64,000 nt of DNA, from contig CAXXVF010000002.1 of NCBI GenBank assembly GCA_963663605.2, positions 401,582 to 465,581 of the forward strand, given 5' to 3'. Below the pieces are notes generated by a model, which ran no database searches, was not told the origin of the DNA, and saw nothing but the letters and a program-made list of their open reading frames with translations. This stretch comes from an uncultured Sporobacter sp. GTDB lineage: Bacteria; Bacillota; Clostridia; Oscillospirales; Oscillospiraceae. The position numbers were made by a program, and so were the translations under genes. Shown here piece by piece: positions 63,404 through 64,000 of the stretch; position 1 is the stretch's first letter; each line of letters opens with the position of its first letter.

Positions 63404-64000
63404 CTATTTTTTGATTATATAGGAAGGTTTGCAGTGAGAAAACGGGAATTTATGAAGCGTGATATTTGTATTGCCGAAAAATTCATCTATTGCGAGGGTT
63501 TCGCCCTCGACGGTCGCATAGTCGTCAAATATGATTATGCCGCCGTTAACGACCCGCTCATACAGCAGTAGCAAACCTGTTGCTGCGGGCTCATAGACAT
63601 CGGTGTCGATATGCAGCAAAGCGATACGGGTATGCGGATTGTCCGACAAATACCGGGGTAGCGTTTCGGAAATATCGCCCCGTATTAAATCGACGTTTGA
63701 TATTTTTTTGAGCGCGAAGCTTTCATAAAGGTCATCTTCCGTCAGGAATTCATCCGCAAATTGACTGTTCCACCGCGCGACAAAACGGTGATCACTTTCA
63801 ACAGCGTTCGATGGAGGGAATTGGCCGAAAACATCAAAACCGATGATTTTCCTGGACTTTTCATTTTCAAGCAGTTCGCGGAAAGTACCAAACTGAATAA
63901 TTGACGCGCCTTTGAACACGCCCAATTCAATAACGTCGCCGGGCAGGTTGAGAATTTTTTTATATAACTCATAATGCGCAAGGATATTGCCCAGCCTGTA
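63404..64000 (-). CDS. TylF/MycF-type class I SAM-dependent methyltransferase, partial (N-terminus beyond the window)
   Basis: The frame stays open to position 64000 (...LPGDVIELGVFKGASI, which is motif I). LLHIDTDVYE and GGIIIFDDY are typical of the macrocin-O-methyltransferase family. Confidence 0.75.
   Translation of the reverse strand, partial: YRLGNILAHYELYKKILNLPGDVIELGVFKGASIIQFGTFRELLENEKSRKIIGFDVFGQFPPSNAVESDHRFVARWNSQFADEFLTEDDLYESFALKKISNVDLIRGDISETLPRYLSDNPHTRIALLHIDTDVYEPAATGLLLLYERVVNGGIIIFDDYATVEGETLAIDEFFGNTNITLHKFPFSHCKPSYIIKK

Overview
This window is about 55-60% GC and looks like chromosome from a spore-forming Firmicute of the Clostridia type. Supporting genes are spoIIID, spoIIR, addAB and a purine operon with a PurO-type IMP cyclohydrolase. 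Coding density is high, and most long ORFs antisense to recognisable genes are GC-driven artefacts.

**Layout**
- **1-11.7 kb:** a single minus-strand gene array. It joins genes typical of conjugative elements (two ArdA-like paralogs and a DUF4314 protein) directly to a complete Gram-positive Tad/Flp pilus locus. The locus runs cpaB, a tadZ-like ATPase, tadA, tadB, tadC, an Flp pilin, two TadE-like genes and a prepilin peptidase, followed by two secreted proteins.
- **12.07-12.28 kb:** the array abuts two tRNA-Ser genes.
- **12.4-25 kb:** housekeeping genes, namely purE-C-M-N-O-H-D, pyrK/pyrD and ygiQ.
- **25.4-28.3 kb:** a VTC / DUF4956 / beta-helix lipoprotein operon.
- **28.5-33 kb:** azoR, an intact low-GC IS3-family element, and two orphan URO-D-family genes.
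- **33.4-40.6 kb:** spoIIID and a flavinylation-type redox cluster (DUF169, FAD-Rieske, NapH-like protein with two FMN_bind domains, ApbE, MFS).
- **41-58 kb:** Lrp, an aminotransferase, an ApgM-like gene, ispE, spoIIR, addBA, rpmE, hflX and yigZ.
- **58.3-60.3 kb:** an HxxxD acyltransferase paired with a zinc-ribbon membrane protein.
- **60.4-61.8 kb:** a decayed integrative-element remnant next to tRNA-Pro. It contains an orphan promoter-terminator unit, an xre gene, a truncated tyrosine recombinase and clustered GTTAGCCAC repeats.

**Assessment:** no CRISPR array, rRNA, reverse transcriptase or recognisable defence system was seen. The most unusual items are:
- the anti-restriction plus Tad pilus operon;
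- the VTC/DUF4956 operon;
- the acyltransferase/zinc-ribbon pair;
- the sRNA-like unit with its flanking repeats.

All family assignments come from motif recognition by eye, not from database searches.
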